DNA of 64,000 bases from an uncultured Bacteroidales bacterium (GTDB lineage: Bacteria; Bacteroidota; Bacteroidia; Bacteroidales; UBA4181), in NCBI GenBank assembly GCA_964349835.1, contig CAYGID010000005.1, positions 990 to 64,989 on the forward strand, in the 5' to 3' direction. Under the pieces are notes generated by a model. It had not been told where the DNA came from. It ran no database searches and saw only the letters and a program-made list of their open reading frames with translations. How positions within the stretch are numbered: position 1 is the stretch's first letter; each line of letters starts with the position of its first letter. This document shows, one piece after another, positions 19,548 to 32,330 of the stretch. A program made the translations under genes and the position numbers.

Positions 19548-20662
19548 GATTTTAAACAGCGCACCATTTTTTCGGCAACTCTTCGCGAAGCGCCGACTCC
19601 TCCCGACATCTCTTTCAACATCATGTAATCGGTAAGCATCTGCTCTCTGTAGCCAGAATCGGATAGAATCTTTCGTAACTCCTTCTCAATGGAGAGGGCG
19701 AGGTTAAACTGCAAAATCTCTTTTACAACCTCTCTTCCCATAATGATATTCACCAGCGAGAAGTAGGGTATCTTTAAAAAGTGAATTCCAATGTGGTACG
19801 AGAGCGCGCTGGTTTTGTAACAAACCACCTGAGGCACTTCGAAGAGAGCCGTTTCGAGCGTAGCAGTGCCCGAAGTGACCACCGCGGCAACAACGTGCTG
19901 GAGGAGGGCGTAGGTTTGATGCATCACTATCTTCACATCTCCTTCGAGAAATTGCGCATAGTAACTTTCGTCGATCGATGGAGCCCCAGCAACAACAAAC
20001 TGGTACTCCGGAAAGGCCTTTGCAGCCTTTTGCATTTCGGGCAGAATCAGCGAAATCTCCTGTTTCCGGCTCCCGCACAGCAGGGCAATAAGTGGTTTTT
20101 CCGACAACCCGTTTTGCTCGCGAAAAGCCGCATAGGTTGGCAGTTGGGCTCTTTTCTCGTCGATAGCATCGATGAGCGGATTGCCCTCAAAATGGACTTT
20201 GTGGTAGTTGTACTTCGCATAAAAAGCCTTTTCGAAGGGGAAGATGATAAACATCTCATCCACATACTTTTTAATTATCTCTACTCTTGAAGCCTTCCAT
20301 GCCCAGATTTTGGGCGAGATATAGTAGTAGGTCTTGAACCCTTTCGTTTTGGCAAACTTGGCCATACGTAGATTAAACCCCGGATAATCTATAAAAATCA
20401 CCACATCGGGTTGCCAGGCCAGAATCTCCTTTTGGCACTCTTCCAGGTTCCGAAAAACAGCTCGCAGGTTTTTCAGCACCTCCCAAATACCCATAAAGGC
20501 GGTAGTGCTGTAGTGTCGGGTGAGCTCCATCCCTTCGGCCTCCATCAGGTTGCCGCCCCACCCGCGGAGTTGTGCCTTCGGGTCGGCCATTTTGAGGCCG
20601 TGAATCAGGTTCGAACCGTGCATATCGCCCGAGGCCTCGCCTGCTATCAGAAAGTACTTCAT
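19544..20662 (-). CDS. lpxB: Lipid-A-disaccharide synthase
   Basis: MKYFLIAGEASGDMHGSNL start typical of LpxB. An alternative in-frame ATG at 20704 would add 14 aa made from a tandem repeat. Confidence 0.93.
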   Translation of the reverse strand: MKYFLIAGEASGDMHGSNLIHGLKMADPKAQLRGWGGNLMEAEGMELTRHYSTTAFMGIWEVLKNLRAVFRNLEECQKEILAWQPDVVIFIDYPGFNLRMAKFAKTKGFKTYYYISPKIWAWKASRVEIIKKYVDEMFIIFPFEKAFYAKYNYHKVHFEGNPLIDAIDEKRAQLPTYAAFREQNGLSEKPLIALLCGSRKQEISLILPEMQKAAKAFPEYQFVVAGAPSIDESYYAQFLEGDVKIVMHQTYALLQHVVAAVVTSGTATLETALFEVPQVVCYKTSALSYHIGIHFLKIPYFSLVNIIMGREVVKEILQFNLALSIEKELRKILSDSGYREQMLTDYMMLKEMSGGVGASRRVAEKMVRCLKS

Positions 20663-20704
20663 GGGGGATAATGGTGAATGGTTAATGGTTAATGAATTAA
20701 CCAT

Positions 20705-21490
20705 TTATTTCGCTGTGGAGAAATCGTAGGTGCGGAGGGAAGTTATTGATTCGTAGTCGGTGGAATCAACTTTTAGGGGGACAACGGCAACATATCCGTC
20801 GTAGAGGGCTGTTTCGTCGGTTTCGGGCGAGGAGGGTTCGGCATTGATGAATTTCCCTTCGAGCCAGTTATAATCGCGGCCGGCCGGATCTTTGCGGGTA
20901 TCGAAGGTCTCTTTCCAGAAGCCTTGCGCCAGCCGGCAGATTCGGATGCCTTTGATTTGCGATTGGGGTAGATTCGGAATGTTCACATTTAGCAGACACC
21001 CTTTTGCCGGAGGGTTCTTCAAAATTTCGGTGATGATTTGTTTCACAATTCCGCTACAGTAGTCCAGGGTGTCGGAAATGTCGGTGTTAAGAGAGGAGAA
21101 GGCTATGGAGGCGATTCCATGCAGTGCCCCCTCGCGGGCAGCTGCCACGGTGCCGGAGTAATGGGTGCTGGCGGCAGCATTGCTTCCGTAATTGATGCCC
21201 GAAAGGATCATATCGGGCCGTACGGGCATAATTTTGTGTAGCCCAAGTTTGATACAGTCAACAGGGGTGCCGTTGCAAACATAAAAGTTCTCAACCCGGT
21301 CCATGGGGTGACGGTGCACCCGCAACGGGCGAGAGGCGGTAATGGCATGCGACATCCCCGACATGGCTTGTTGTGGCGATACAACAAATACCTCTCCCAG
21401 GGTGGCCGCCGCTTCGGCAAGCGTCAGCAGTCCCTGAGAGAGATATCCGTCGTCGTTGGTAACCAGTATGACTGGTTTTCGGTTCGCCAT
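20705..21490 (-). CDS. surE: 5'/3'-nucleotidase SurE
   Basis: ILVTNDDG motif at the N-terminus. 261 aa. Confidence 0.94.
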   Translation of the reverse strand: MANRKPVILVTNDDGYLSQGLLTLAEAAATLGEVFVVSPQQAMSGMSHAITASRPLRVHRHPMDRVENFYVCNGTPVDCIKLGLHKIMPVRPDMILSGINYGSNAAASTHYSGTVAAAREGALHGIASIAFSSLNTDISDTLDYCSGIVKQIITEILKNPPAKGCLLNVNIPNLPQSQIKGIRICRLAQGFWKETFDTRKDPAGRDYNWLEGKFINAEPSSPETDETALYDGYVAVVPLKVDSTDYESITSLRTYDFSTAK

Positions 21491-21525
21491 TTTATCGATG
21501 TTGGGAATAATCGATGTTGAGAATA

Positions 21526-22728
21526 TTAGAGCAGCGAGATGAGTACGCCGGCAGCAACGGCCGAGCCAATCACCCCTGCAATGTTACTCGACATACAATA
21601 CTGCAACACGTGATTCTTGGGATCGTATTTCAGGGCTATATCGTTGGCTACGCGCGAAGCCATAGGAACAGCACTCAAACCGGTAGCCCCAATGAGCGGA
21701 TTAATCTTCTTTTTGGAGAGCATGTTGAAGAGCTTCACGCCAAAGATACCGCCAAAAATGGAGACCGCAAAGGCCAGAAAACCGCCCACAATGATCATGA
21801 GGGTTTTCGGATCGAGGAAGGTTTCGGAGGTCATGGTTGCGCCTACCGCTAGTCCCAGGAAGATAGTGGCTGTATTCAGAATGGGTCCTGCTGCAGCCTC
21901 TGCCAACCTGGCGGTATCGGGTCCAATCTCTTTTACCAGATTACCAAAGAGCAACATACCAACCAGCGGAACTGCCGAAGGAACCAGCAAAGCAACCAGT
22001 GTGCCCAGTGCAATAGGGAAGATGATTTTGGTGGCCCGCATGTTTTTAATCTCATAATTGTTCGGGAAGAGTTTGTCTTGCTCCTTCATGTTGATGAGCA
22101 GCTCCTTTCTAGAACAGGTTAGACGTACCACGAGCGGGATGATAACCGGCACCAAAGCCATATAGGAGTAGGCGGCTATGGCAATCGGTCCCAAAAGGTG
22201 GGGAGCCAGCTTGATGGTAGTGAAGATGGCTGTGGGGCCATCGGCTCCGCCAATGATACCCAGCGAAGCCGCTTCGCGCGGAGTGAAACCAAAGAAGATA
22301 GCCGACAGGAGCACCATAAAGATACCCAACTGGGCGGCGGCTCCAAATGTAGCCAACCGCAGATTCCGCAGCATAGGGCCAAAATCGGTAAGCGCACCAA
22401 CTCCCATAAAGATAATGGGGGGAAGAAACCCGGTTTTGATGAGCAGATAGTAAACAAAACTCATAATTCCGTGGTCGTGGGCAATCTGAAGGATGGTCTT
22501 GTCCATAATGCCGTTCTCTTCGGTGGCCTGAACCACATTCATGGCTCCCCCCGGAAAGTTGGCAATCAGAAGTCCAAAGGCAATGGGTACCAGCAACAGA
22601 GGTTCATACCGTTTTTTGATTCCCAAGTAGAGAAGCAAAAAGGCGATTCCGTACATGAGCAGCAATTCGGGCTGGGCCACGATATTGCTGAACGCTGTCA
22701 TTCCGTATAGTTTTTCTATAATGTTCAT
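21526..22728 (-). CDS. oadB: Na+-translocating decarboxylase subunit beta (oxaloacetate decarboxylase beta)
   Basis: 400-aa polytopic protein with OadB/GcdB-like sequence (FGAAAQLGIF, GGADGPTAIF). Follows the carboxyltransferase/biotin subunit. Confidence 0.9.
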   Translation of the reverse strand: MNIIEKLYGMTAFSNIVAQPELLLMYGIAFLLLYLGIKKRYEPLLLVPIAFGLLIANFPGGAMNVVQATEENGIMDKTILQIAHDHGIMSFVYYLLIKTGFLPPIIFMGVGALTDFGPMLRNLRLATFGAAAQLGIFMVLLSAIFFGFTPREAASLGIIGGADGPTAIFTTIKLAPHLLGPIAIAAYSYMALVPVIIPLVVRLTCSRKELLINMKEQDKLFPNNYEIKNMRATKIIFPIALGTLVALLVPSAVPLVGMLLFGNLVKEIGPDTARLAEAAAGPILNTATIFLGLAVGATMTSETFLDPKTLMIIVGGFLAFAVSIFGGIFGVKLFNMLSKKKINPLIGATGLSAVPMASRVANDIALKYDPKNHVLQYCMSSNIAGVIGSAVAAGVLISLL

Positions 22729-22743
22729 GGTTAAGGATCCAGA

Positions 22744-24624
22744 TTAAGCTAATGAAATCAGAATATCATCCTCCTCAACCGCATCACCGTTATTAACGGC
22801 AATGGATACCACTTCGCCCTCAACATCCGAAGATACGGCATTGTAGGTCTTCATGGCTTCGATATAACCAATCCTGTCGCCGATGTTAACCCTGTCGCCT
22901 ACCTTCAGCGGAGTTTCGGCGCTGTTTTTGGTGAGGAAGAATTTTCCTTCCAGGGGCGAAATAATGGTTTTCGATGCGGCAGGCGGTGCAACTGATGCCG
23001 AAGCTGATGCGACCGGCTGAGTCGACGATTGACCGGGGGTGTCGCTGGTGAGGAAGACTCTGTAGCGCTGACCGTTTACTTCGGCCACAACGGTTTGGGG
23101 CAACTCAGCGGTAAAGGCCGGTTGTGCTGTCGGTTGTACTGCCGGTTCGGGGGCTTTGTTTGCCTTGGCTTTGCGGGCAGCGATATCGGCTTCAAACTCG
23201 GCTTTGGCTTTGCCCGATTTGTAAGCTTCGTATTGCGCAGGGTGCATGGCATACTCAAACAACTCCTCGTCGTCGGTACCGGTTTCCCACCCTTTTTTCT
23301 TCATTTCGGCGCGGAAATGGTCAAGTTGGTCGGGGTAGTGGTCTTGCGGATTATCGTTTTCGAACACACGTCCCTCTTTTTTGGCCAGCGCCAGGATTTC
23401 GGGGGCAATTTCGCCCGGAATCTTCCCGGCTTTACCCAAAATCATATCCCAAATATCGTCGGCAATCATAGACCAGCGCTCTTTGCCTTTGAGCAGCTGA
23501 ACCACATTCATTAACGCCAGATTTTTTACATATTGGCTAAACGGAGTTACCAGAGGGGGATAACCTACTCTCGGCCAAACGTAAGCCACCTCATCGAAGA
23601 TGAGAATCAGCAGTTGGTCGCGGGTTTTTGGGGGCTGGTTCTGTTTAGCCAGATATTTGTTGATGCTGTCCAGATTGCTTTCGAGGTCGGCCATCAAGCT
23701 GCCCATCATTCCGCCGGGCAAACCCGATCCGATGAGTAGAGAGTTCATCAGCCGGTTTTCGGGGCTGATATAGAAACCCAGAAAATCGTCGATAAACTCC
23801 TGGGTAAGGGCGCGAACCTCCATGTAAGCCTCCATGTTGATGTCGGGCACTTTGAATCCGGCATCTTGTAACATGGCGTGTACGGTAATCAGATCGGCGT
23901 GTCCGGTTCCCCACGAGAGGGGCTCCATGCCTACGTCGATATAGTCGGCGCCTGCCTGACACACCTCAAGGATAGAGGCTACACAGAGTCCGGGGCCGGC
24001 ATGGCTGTGGTACTGAATGGGAATATGAGGATATTTCTCTTTGATGTTTCGGGTAATCTGACCCAACGATACAGGGCGGCCAATACCGGCCATGTCTTTC
24101 AGACAGATTTCGTCGGCGCCCTCTTCGATGAGTTGGAAAGCCAGTTTTGTGTAGTATTCAACGGTGTGAAGAGGCGATACGGTAATGCTCAGCGCAGCCT
24201 GCGAAATCATACCCGCCGCTTTAGCGTAATGGATTGAGGGAATCAGGTTGCGAGGATCGTTGAGTCCGCAGAAGGTACGGGCAATATCGGTTCCCTGGGC
24301 CATTTTAACTTTATAGAACAATTTTCTTACATCGGCGGGAACAGGACTCATCCGCAAACCGTTGAGCGCGCGGTCTAACATGTGCGTTTGAATTCCTGCA
24401 TCATGGAAGGGCTTGGTCCACTGGCGCACTGCCTGGTTGGGGTTTTCACCAAACAAAAGGTTAATCTGTTCGAACCCCCCTCCGTTGGTTTCAACGCGTG
24501 CGAAGCACCCCATTTTTATGATGGCGGGGGCTACCTTGACTAATTGGTCGACACGGGGTACGTACTTACCCGACGATTGCCACATGTCGCGGTACAATAA
24601 ACTGAATTTGATCTCTTTCGACAT
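22744..24624 (-). CDS. oadA: Oxaloacetate decarboxylase subunit alpha (carboxyltransferase plus biotinyl domain)
   Basis: HMGL-like carboxyltransferase motifs (YRDMWQS, ETNGGGFE, KDMAGIG, YHSHAGPG), an Ala/Pro linker, and a C-terminal biotinyl domain with EAMKT. Confidence 0.88.
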   Translation of the reverse strand: MSKEIKFSLLYRDMWQSSGKYVPRVDQLVKVAPAIIKMGCFARVETNGGGFEQINLLFGENPNQAVRQWTKPFHDAGIQTHMLDRALNGLRMSPVPADVRKLFYKVKMAQGTDIARTFCGLNDPRNLIPSIHYAKAAGMISQAALSITVSPLHTVEYYTKLAFQLIEEGADEICLKDMAGIGRPVSLGQITRNIKEKYPHIPIQYHSHAGPGLCVASILEVCQAGADYIDVGMEPLSWGTGHADLITVHAMLQDAGFKVPDINMEAYMEVRALTQEFIDDFLGFYISPENRLMNSLLIGSGLPGGMMGSLMADLESNLDSINKYLAKQNQPPKTRDQLLILIFDEVAYVWPRVGYPPLVTPFSQYVKNLALMNVVQLLKGKERWSMIADDIWDMILGKAGKIPGEIAPEILALAKKEGRVFENDNPQDHYPDQLDHFRAEMKKKGWETGTDDEELFEYAMHPAQYEAYKSGKAKAEFEADIAARKAKANKAPEPAVQPTAQPAFTAELPQTVVAEVNGQRYRVFLTSDTPGQSSTQPVASASASVAPPAASKTIISPLEGKFFLTKNSAETPLKVGDRVNIGDRIGYIEAMKTYNAVSSDVEGEVVSIAVNNGDAVEEDDILISLA

Positions 24625-24651
24625 TCTTACACAGGTTTTATTAAGCCGGTT

Positions 24652-24924
24652 TTACATTTTTTCGATTCGGGTAACTTTGGCACTCCCCTTCGAAAGGGTG
24701 TGCACTGCTGCCGAGATGGCAGCCAGGACCGACGGCTGATGCGCCGTTGGGTTGGCGAGGTGATTTCCGGTCCGGGCAGGAGCCTTCTCCTCTTCGTCGG
24801 CCGGCAGTTTGTTTACCAGCAGGATGAGGTATTTGCCGAAGACCACAATCAGGAGTAATACCAGAAGCACTGTAGTCATACCCACTGCCAGTAGCATCAG
24901 ACCTGTTTCCATATCATTTTCCAT
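24652..24924 (-). CDS. oadG: Oxaloacetate decarboxylase gamma-like small membrane subunit
   Basis: One N-terminal TM helix plus a charged tail. First gene of the oad string. ATG at 24924 is preferred over TTG at 24936, and ATG at 24912 is also possible. Confidence 0.7.
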   Translation of the reverse strand: MENDMETGLMLLAVGMTTVLLVLLLIVVFGKYLILLVNKLPADEEEKAPARTGNHLANPTAHQPSVLAAISAAVHTLSKGSAKVTRIEKM

Positions 24925-24963
24925 AGAGCAAAGCAATTAGTGTACATTTAAGGCATATCAGGG

Positions 24964-24971
24964 CAAAAATA
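24964..24971 (-). promoter_or_regulatory. Candidate -7 promoter box for the oadGAB operon
   Basis: Reverse complement reads TATTTTTG, matching TAnnTTTG. About 39 nt upstream of ATG 24924. Confidence 0.45.
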
Positions 24972-25122
24972 CAAAAAAAACTGTTGTAGAGCATGTTTTT
25001 CGCCATCAATTAGCCCCAAAACTTCTCGAAAGCGTCCGAATATGGCAACATGTTGCACAAATTGCAGCTGGGCATCAGTTCGGCTTTTTGTGTGTGGAGC
25101 CTCTCGGTAGCCGATTTTTTTA

Positions 25123-25130
25123 TAAATTTG
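25123..25130 (+). promoter_or_regulatory. Candidate -7 promoter box for pheT
   Basis: TAAATTTG matches TAnnTTTG. About 33 nt upstream of ATG 25164. Confidence 0.45.
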
Positions 25131-25163
25131 CGGCTATTCTTGTGGTAAATAAATTTGACTGAG

Positions 25164-27614
25164 ATGAAAATCGCCTATCAGTGGCTCAAAGAGTACCTGC
25201 ACACCGATCTTGAGCCCGAAGCGCTCTCTTCTATCCTTACCTCTGTTGGCCTCGAAGTAGAGGGGCTCGAACCTTTTGAGTCGGTAAAGGGCGGATTGGA
25301 TGGTTTTGTCACGGGCCATGTGCTCACCTGCGAACCGCATCCCAATTCCGACCATTTGAGCAAGACTACTGTCGATATGGGTGGAGGTGTGGTAGTGCCC
25401 ATTGTGTGCGGTGCGCCCAATGTGGCCGCCGGGCAAAAGGTGGTTGTGGCAACCCTCGGCACCACCATTTATATGGGTAAGGAGAGCTTTCAGATTAAAA
25501 AAGCAAAAATTCGGGGCGAAGAGTCGGTGGGCATGATTTGCGCCGAAGATGAGATGGGTATCGGAACATCGCACAGCGGGATTCTGGTACTTGACCCTAA
25601 CATTGAGCCCGGACTGGCTGCCAAAGATCTGTTTGGCGTTGCCTCCGACCATGTGTTCGAGATAGGGCTTACGCCCAACCGTATCGATGCTGCATCGCAT
25701 TACGGGGTGGCGCGTGATCTGTACGCTGCTCTGAGTACAAAAGGATATGAAGCCCGACTCACCCGGCCCGATGTTTCTGCTTTTGGTTACGAAAGGGTTT
25801 CGGAGCCGGTCGCGATTGAGGTCCGCAATCCGGAGGCTTGTCCCGCCTATTATGGTGTTTCGATAGTTGGGGTAACGGTGAAAGAGTCGCCCGCCTGGCT
25901 CAAGAATCGCTTGCTCTCCATAGGACAGAACCCGATAAATAACGTGGTCGATATTACCAACTTTGTGCTGCATGAGCTTGGCCAGCCTCTTCATGCGTTC
26001 GATTTGGCTGCCATTTCGCATAAAAAGGTTGTGGTGCAAACGCTTCCCGAAGGCACACGCTTTACTACGCTCGATGGGGTGGAGAGAAGTTTGGGTGCCG
26101 GCGATCTGATGATCTGCAATGGCAATGTTCCTATGTGTATTGGTGGGGTTTTCGGGGGTACCGATTCGGGTATTAAGGAGAGTACTACCGCACTCTTTCT
26201 GGAAAGTGCCTGTTTCAACCCGGTTTCCATTCGGCGAACTGCTCGCCGTCATGGTTTGAATACCGACGCATCTTTCCGGTTTGAAAGGGGGGTCGACCCC
26301 AATCTGCAACTCAACGCTCTGCAGAGGGCCGCGTTGCTCATTTGCGAGGTGGCCGGTGGAACCATCACAGGCGCTGTTCAGAAGTTTGGACCCGACAAGG
26401 TGGAGCCCTTTTCGGTGGAGCTCTCGCTCAGCTGGCTCGACCGTTTTATTGGGAAACGGCTCGACCGCGACCTCGTTGTAAAGATTTTGACGTTATTAGA
26501 TATTCAGATTGCCGAAGAACACGATGATATGTTTCGGCTCCTGGTGCCACCCTACCGGGTTGATGTGACTCGCGATGTGGACGTTGCCGAGGAAATTTTG
26601 CGTATTTATGGCTACGATAACGTGGAGATCAGCCCATCGGTGCACTCCACACTTACCTATACGCCTAAGCCCGATAAAGACAAGATTGTACGCATTGCGT
26701 CGGAGTTTCTTTCGGCCAACGGGTTTTCGGAAGCCATGAACAATTCGCTCACCTCTTCGGGCTATTATGCCGATTCCGCTTCGTTCCCTGCCGAAAACCT
26801 TATCTCTTTGCTCAATCCGCTGAGTGTCGATCTCGATGCATTGCGTCAAACCTTGCTCTTTGGGGGTCTCGAATCGGTTGCCAGAAATATGGCCTACCGA
26901 AACAGTAACCTTAAATTGTACGAGTTCGGAAATGTTTATCGGCGAACCGATGCGCAGGGTCAGCCCATTCGGGGTATTGCCGAATCGCACAGGCTTGCCC
27001 TTTTCCTTACCGGAAACAGAACGCCCGAATCGTGGCTACTCAAACAGGAGCCGCTCACCTTCTTCGACCTGAAGGCCGTTGTTGAATCGCTGCTGGCCCG
27101 TTTGGGAGTAGATCCTTCGGCCCTGCAGACTGTTGAAGAGAAAGGCGAACTTTTTTCTCAGTCGCTCGTTTGGCGGAAGCGCGAGAAAAACTTTGTTCAG
27201 GCCGGCCTTGTGGCCCGGAATCTGCTTGCCGGTTTTGGTATCAAGCAACCTGTTTGGTATGCAGACTTCGATTTTAATTTGATTCTGAGCACACTACAAT
27301 CGCATAAAATTGCCTTTACCGAATTGCCCCGCTACCCCGAAGTGAGGAGAGATCTTGCCCTACTGGTAGACAAGGAGGTTCGGTTTGCCGATTTAAAGGC
27401 TGCAGCGGTTGCTGCCGAAAGGCGCCTGCTAAAAGAGGTATCGCTTTTCGACGTATACGAGGGCGAGCGAATTGCTCCCGGCAAAAAGTCGTACGCGCTG
27501 AGTTTTGTATTACAGGATTCGGAAAAAACGCTCACCGATGCCCAAATCGATGCAACTATGCAGAAACTAATCCGGGCTTTTGAGTCGCAGTTTGAGGCCA
27601 CCCTCCGGAAATAG
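25164..27614 (+). CDS. pheT: Phenylalanine--tRNA ligase subunit beta
   Basis: MKIAYQWLKEYL start; the track start at 25155 is TTG. Has the tRNA-binding, B3/4, B5 and FDX-ACB domain pattern. About 816 aa. Confidence 0.96.
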   Translation: MKIAYQWLKEYLHTDLEPEALSSILTSVGLEVEGLEPFESVKGGLDGFVTGHVLTCEPHPNSDHLSKTTVDMGGGVVVPIVCGAPNVAAGQKVVVATLGTTIYMGKESFQIKKAKIRGEESVGMICAEDEMGIGTSHSGILVLDPNIEPGLAAKDLFGVASDHVFEIGLTPNRIDAASHYGVARDLYAALSTKGYEARLTRPDVSAFGYERVSEPVAIEVRNPEACPAYYGVSIVGVTVKESPAWLKNRLLSIGQNPINNVVDITNFVLHELGQPLHAFDLAAISHKKVVVQTLPEGTRFTTLDGVERSLGAGDLMICNGNVPMCIGGVFGGTDSGIKESTTALFLESACFNPVSIRRTARRHGLNTDASFRFERGVDPNLQLNALQRAALLICEVAGGTITGAVQKFGPDKVEPFSVELSLSWLDRFIGKRLDRDLVVKILTLLDIQIAEEHDDMFRLLVPPYRVDVTRDVDVAEEILRIYGYDNVEISPSVHSTLTYTPKPDKDKIVRIASEFLSANGFSEAMNNSLTSSGYYADSASFPAENLISLLNPLSVDLDALRQTLLFGGLESVARNMAYRNSNLKLYEFGNVYRRTDAQGQPIRGIAESHRLALFLTGNRTPESWLLKQEPLTFFDLKAVVESLLARLGVDPSALQTVEEKGELFSQSLVWRKREKNFVQAGLVARNLLAGFGIKQPVWYADFDFNLILSTLQSHKIAFTELPRYPEVRRDLALLVDKEVRFADLKAAAVAAERRLLKEVSLFDVYEGERIAPGKKSYALSFVLQDSEKTLTDAQIDATMQKLIRAFESQFEATLRK

Positions 27615-27627
27615 TTAACTTCTTGAT

Positions 27628-29382
27628 TTACGCCTGAGGGGTGATTTTCAGCGACAACTCCCGAAGCTGTTCGTCGGCAATGGGAGCGGGGCTGTCGATC
27701 ATCACGTCGCGGCCGGAGTTGTTTTTGGGGAAAGCCATCACGTCGCGGATGGAGTCGAGCCCTGCGAACAACGATACCAGTCGGTCGAACCCGAAAGCAA
27801 TCCCGCCGTGGGGAGGTGCTCCGTAACGGAAGGCATTGATAATGAAACCAAATTGAGATTCTGCCTGTTCCGGGGTGAACCCGAGGATTTTGAACATCTG
27901 TTGTTGCAGGTTGTCGTCGTGGATACGGATAGAGCCTCCACCCACCTCAACGCCGTTAATTACACAGTCGTATGCGTTGGCCGACACTCTGCCGGGATCC
28001 GACTCAAAGAATGAGATATCTTCGGGCTTGGGCGAGGTAAAGGGGTGGTGCATAGCGTAAAAGCGCTGTGTATCTTCGTCCCATTCAAAGAGCGGAAAAT
28101 CGACCACCCAGAGCGGAACAAAAACACCTTTTTTACGCAGTTGCAGTCGATTTCCCATCTCCAGCCTAAGCTCGCTGAGCGCTGTTAAACTTCTCTTCCG
28201 CGTTCCTGCAAGAATCAGGAGCAGATCGCCCGGTTTGGCGCCGCACCTGTCTATCCACAATTGCAGTGTTTCGGGGGCATAAAACTTATCGACCGACGAA
28301 CGGATGGATCCGTCGGCGCTATATTTTACGAAAATCAGTCCGGAGGCTCCAATCTGGGGTCTTTTTACAAAATCGGTCAGTTCGTCTATCTGTTTTCGGG
28401 TGTATTCGGCACATCCTGTGGCGCAGATTGCTCCAATGTAGTGGGCCTGATCGAGAATGGAGAGCCCCTTTCCTTTGGCGATATCGGTAATTTCGTTGAT
28501 CTCCATGCCAAACCGGAGGTCGGGTTTGTCGTTTCCGTATTTCTCCATGGCCTGAGCATAGGTCATCCGGGGGAAAGGCGAAACCGTTTCGACATTCAGT
28601 ACTGCTTTAAACAGATGGCGTACCAAACCTTCGAAGGTGTTCAGGATATCCTCCTGTTCTATAAAGGCCATCTCGCAGTCGATCTGGGTGAATTCAGGTT
28701 GGCGGTCGGCCCGAAGATCTTCATCGCGGAAACACTTAACAATCTGAAAATAACGGTCGAATCCAGCTACCATCAATAGTTGCTTGAAGGTTTGGGGCGA
28801 CTGGGGAAGGGCATAGAATTGGCCCGGATTCATGCGCGAAGGCACTACGAAATCGCGCGCTCCCTCCGGGGTAGATTTAATGAGAACAGGAGTTTCTACT
28901 TCGAGAAAGTGCTGTAGATCGAGATATTTTCGCGTTTCCTGTGCCATACGATGACGCAACTCCAGGTTCTTGCGCACCGGGTTGCGGCGGAGGTCTAGAT
29001 AGCGGTATTTCATACGTAACTCATCGCCACCGTCCGATTCCTCCTCGATGGTAAAAGGAGGAGTTACCGACCGATTCAGAATGGTAAGCTCTTCAGCTAC
29101 AATTTCAATGTCGCCCGTTGCCATTTTGGGGTTTCTGCTTGATCGTTCGCAAACAGTGCCGGTTACCCGGATTACAAACTCCCTGCCCAGCTTTCGGGCC
29201 TCCATGCAGATATCTTGTTGTACATCCATGTTAAAAACCAGTTGGGTCATGCCATACCTGTCGCGAAGGTCGATAAAGGTCATTCCCCCCAAATCGCGGG
29301 TTTTTTGCACCCATCCGGCCAGGGTAACTTTCTGATCAACAAAATTTAGGTTAAGCTCTCCGCAGGTGTGTGTTCTGTACAT
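27628..29382 (-). CDS. aspS: Aspartate--tRNA ligase
   Basis: [10 protein letters not shown] start, class II motifs [16 protein letters not shown] and GGGSIRIH. The upstream extension in the ORF track is not protein-like. Confidence 0.96.
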   Translation of the reverse strand: MYRTHTCGELNLNFVDQKVTLAGWVQKTRDLGGMTFIDLRDRYGMTQLVFNMDVQQDICMEARKLGREFVIRVTGTVCERSSRNPKMATGDIEIVAEELTILNRSVTPPFTIEEESDGGDELRMKYRYLDLRRNPVRKNLELRHRMAQETRKYLDLQHFLEVETPVLIKSTPEGARDFVVPSRMNPGQFYALPQSPQTFKQLLMVAGFDRYFQIVKCFRDEDLRADRQPEFTQIDCEMAFIEQEDILNTFEGLVRHLFKAVLNVETVSPFPRMTYAQAMEKYGNDKPDLRFGMEINEITDIAKGKGLSILDQAHYIGAICATGCAEYTRKQIDELTDFVKRPQIGASGLIFVKYSADGSIRSSVDKFYAPETLQLWIDRCGAKPGDLLLILAGTRKRSLTALSELRLEMGNRLQLRKKGVFVPLWVVDFPLFEWDEDTQRFYAMHHPFTSPKPEDISFFESDPGRVSANAYDCVINGVEVGGGSIRIHDDNLQQQMFKILGFTPEQAESQFGFIINAFRYGAPPHGGIAFGFDRLVSLFAGLDSIRDVMAFPKNNSGRDVMIDSPAPIADEQLRELSLKITPQA

Positions 29383-29406
29383 GGGATTGGTAGATTGTTT
29401 AAGCCA

Positions 29407-29414
29407 CAAATGTA
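29407..29414 (-). promoter_or_regulatory. Candidate -7 promoter box for aspS
   Basis: Reverse complement reads TACATTTG, matching TAnnTTTG. About 24 nt upstream of ATG 29382. Confidence 0.45.
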
Positions 29415-29511
29415 TAAAAAGCCGGGTCAAAATGGATGGCTGCCCAAAAAAAAGGGCGATTGACACCCGTTTGCTTCAATTTTTGTAAATTGCGCCCCCA
29501 TTCTCTTTTGT

Positions 29512-32072
<2,561 letters not shown>

Positions 32073-32078
32073 CTGAAT

Positions 32079-32330
32079 ATGAAGGTCGAGGTTATCTCTT
32101 CGGGCAAAGTCTTGTTTTCGGGCGAAGCCGCTTCCGTAAAAGTTCCGGGAGAGTTGGCCCCATTCACTATTCTCAAAGGACATATTCCCATTGTCTCCAC
32201 GCTGGTTAGCGGCAATGTGCAGATAGAACAGTCGGGAAAGGTAACTTCCATTCCTGTGTCGGGCGGCTTTGTGGAGGTAGACAACAACAGCGTACTTATC
32301 TTGCTGAGCGATGACAGTGAAAAGCCGTAA
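32079..32330 (+). CDS. atpC: F0F1 ATP synthase subunit epsilon (short form)
   Basis: 83-aa beta-sandwich-type sequence immediately after atpD. Confidence 0.88.
   Translation: MKVEVISSGKVLFSGEAASVKVPGELAPFTILKGHIPIVSTLVSGNVQIEQSGKVTSIPVSGGFVEVDNNSVLILLSDDSEKP

Noticed and set aside
25080-25121. A terminator-like hairpin (TCGGCT ... AGCCGA followed by a T-run) upstream of pheT.
   Set aside because: The stem is only 6 bp with a 23-nt loop. There is no upstream plus-strand gene to terminate. The T-run merges with the AT-rich promoter region of pheT.
25134-26309. A 391-aa ORF on the minus strand, and similar long antisense ORFs at 48388-49407 (+), 17328-18272 (-), 4362-5249 (-), 2988-3755 (-), 53040-54295 (-) and 36615-37304 (-).
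   Set aside because: Each lies entirely antisense to a gene with unmistakable conserved motifs (pheT, epimerase, purD, rpoC, HlyD/ABC-2) or to a better-supported pair (yqjE/K-like). Their translations are Arg/Ser/Gly/His-rich low-complexity sequences with no recognisable domains. This is the usual shadow-ORF artefact of codon bias.
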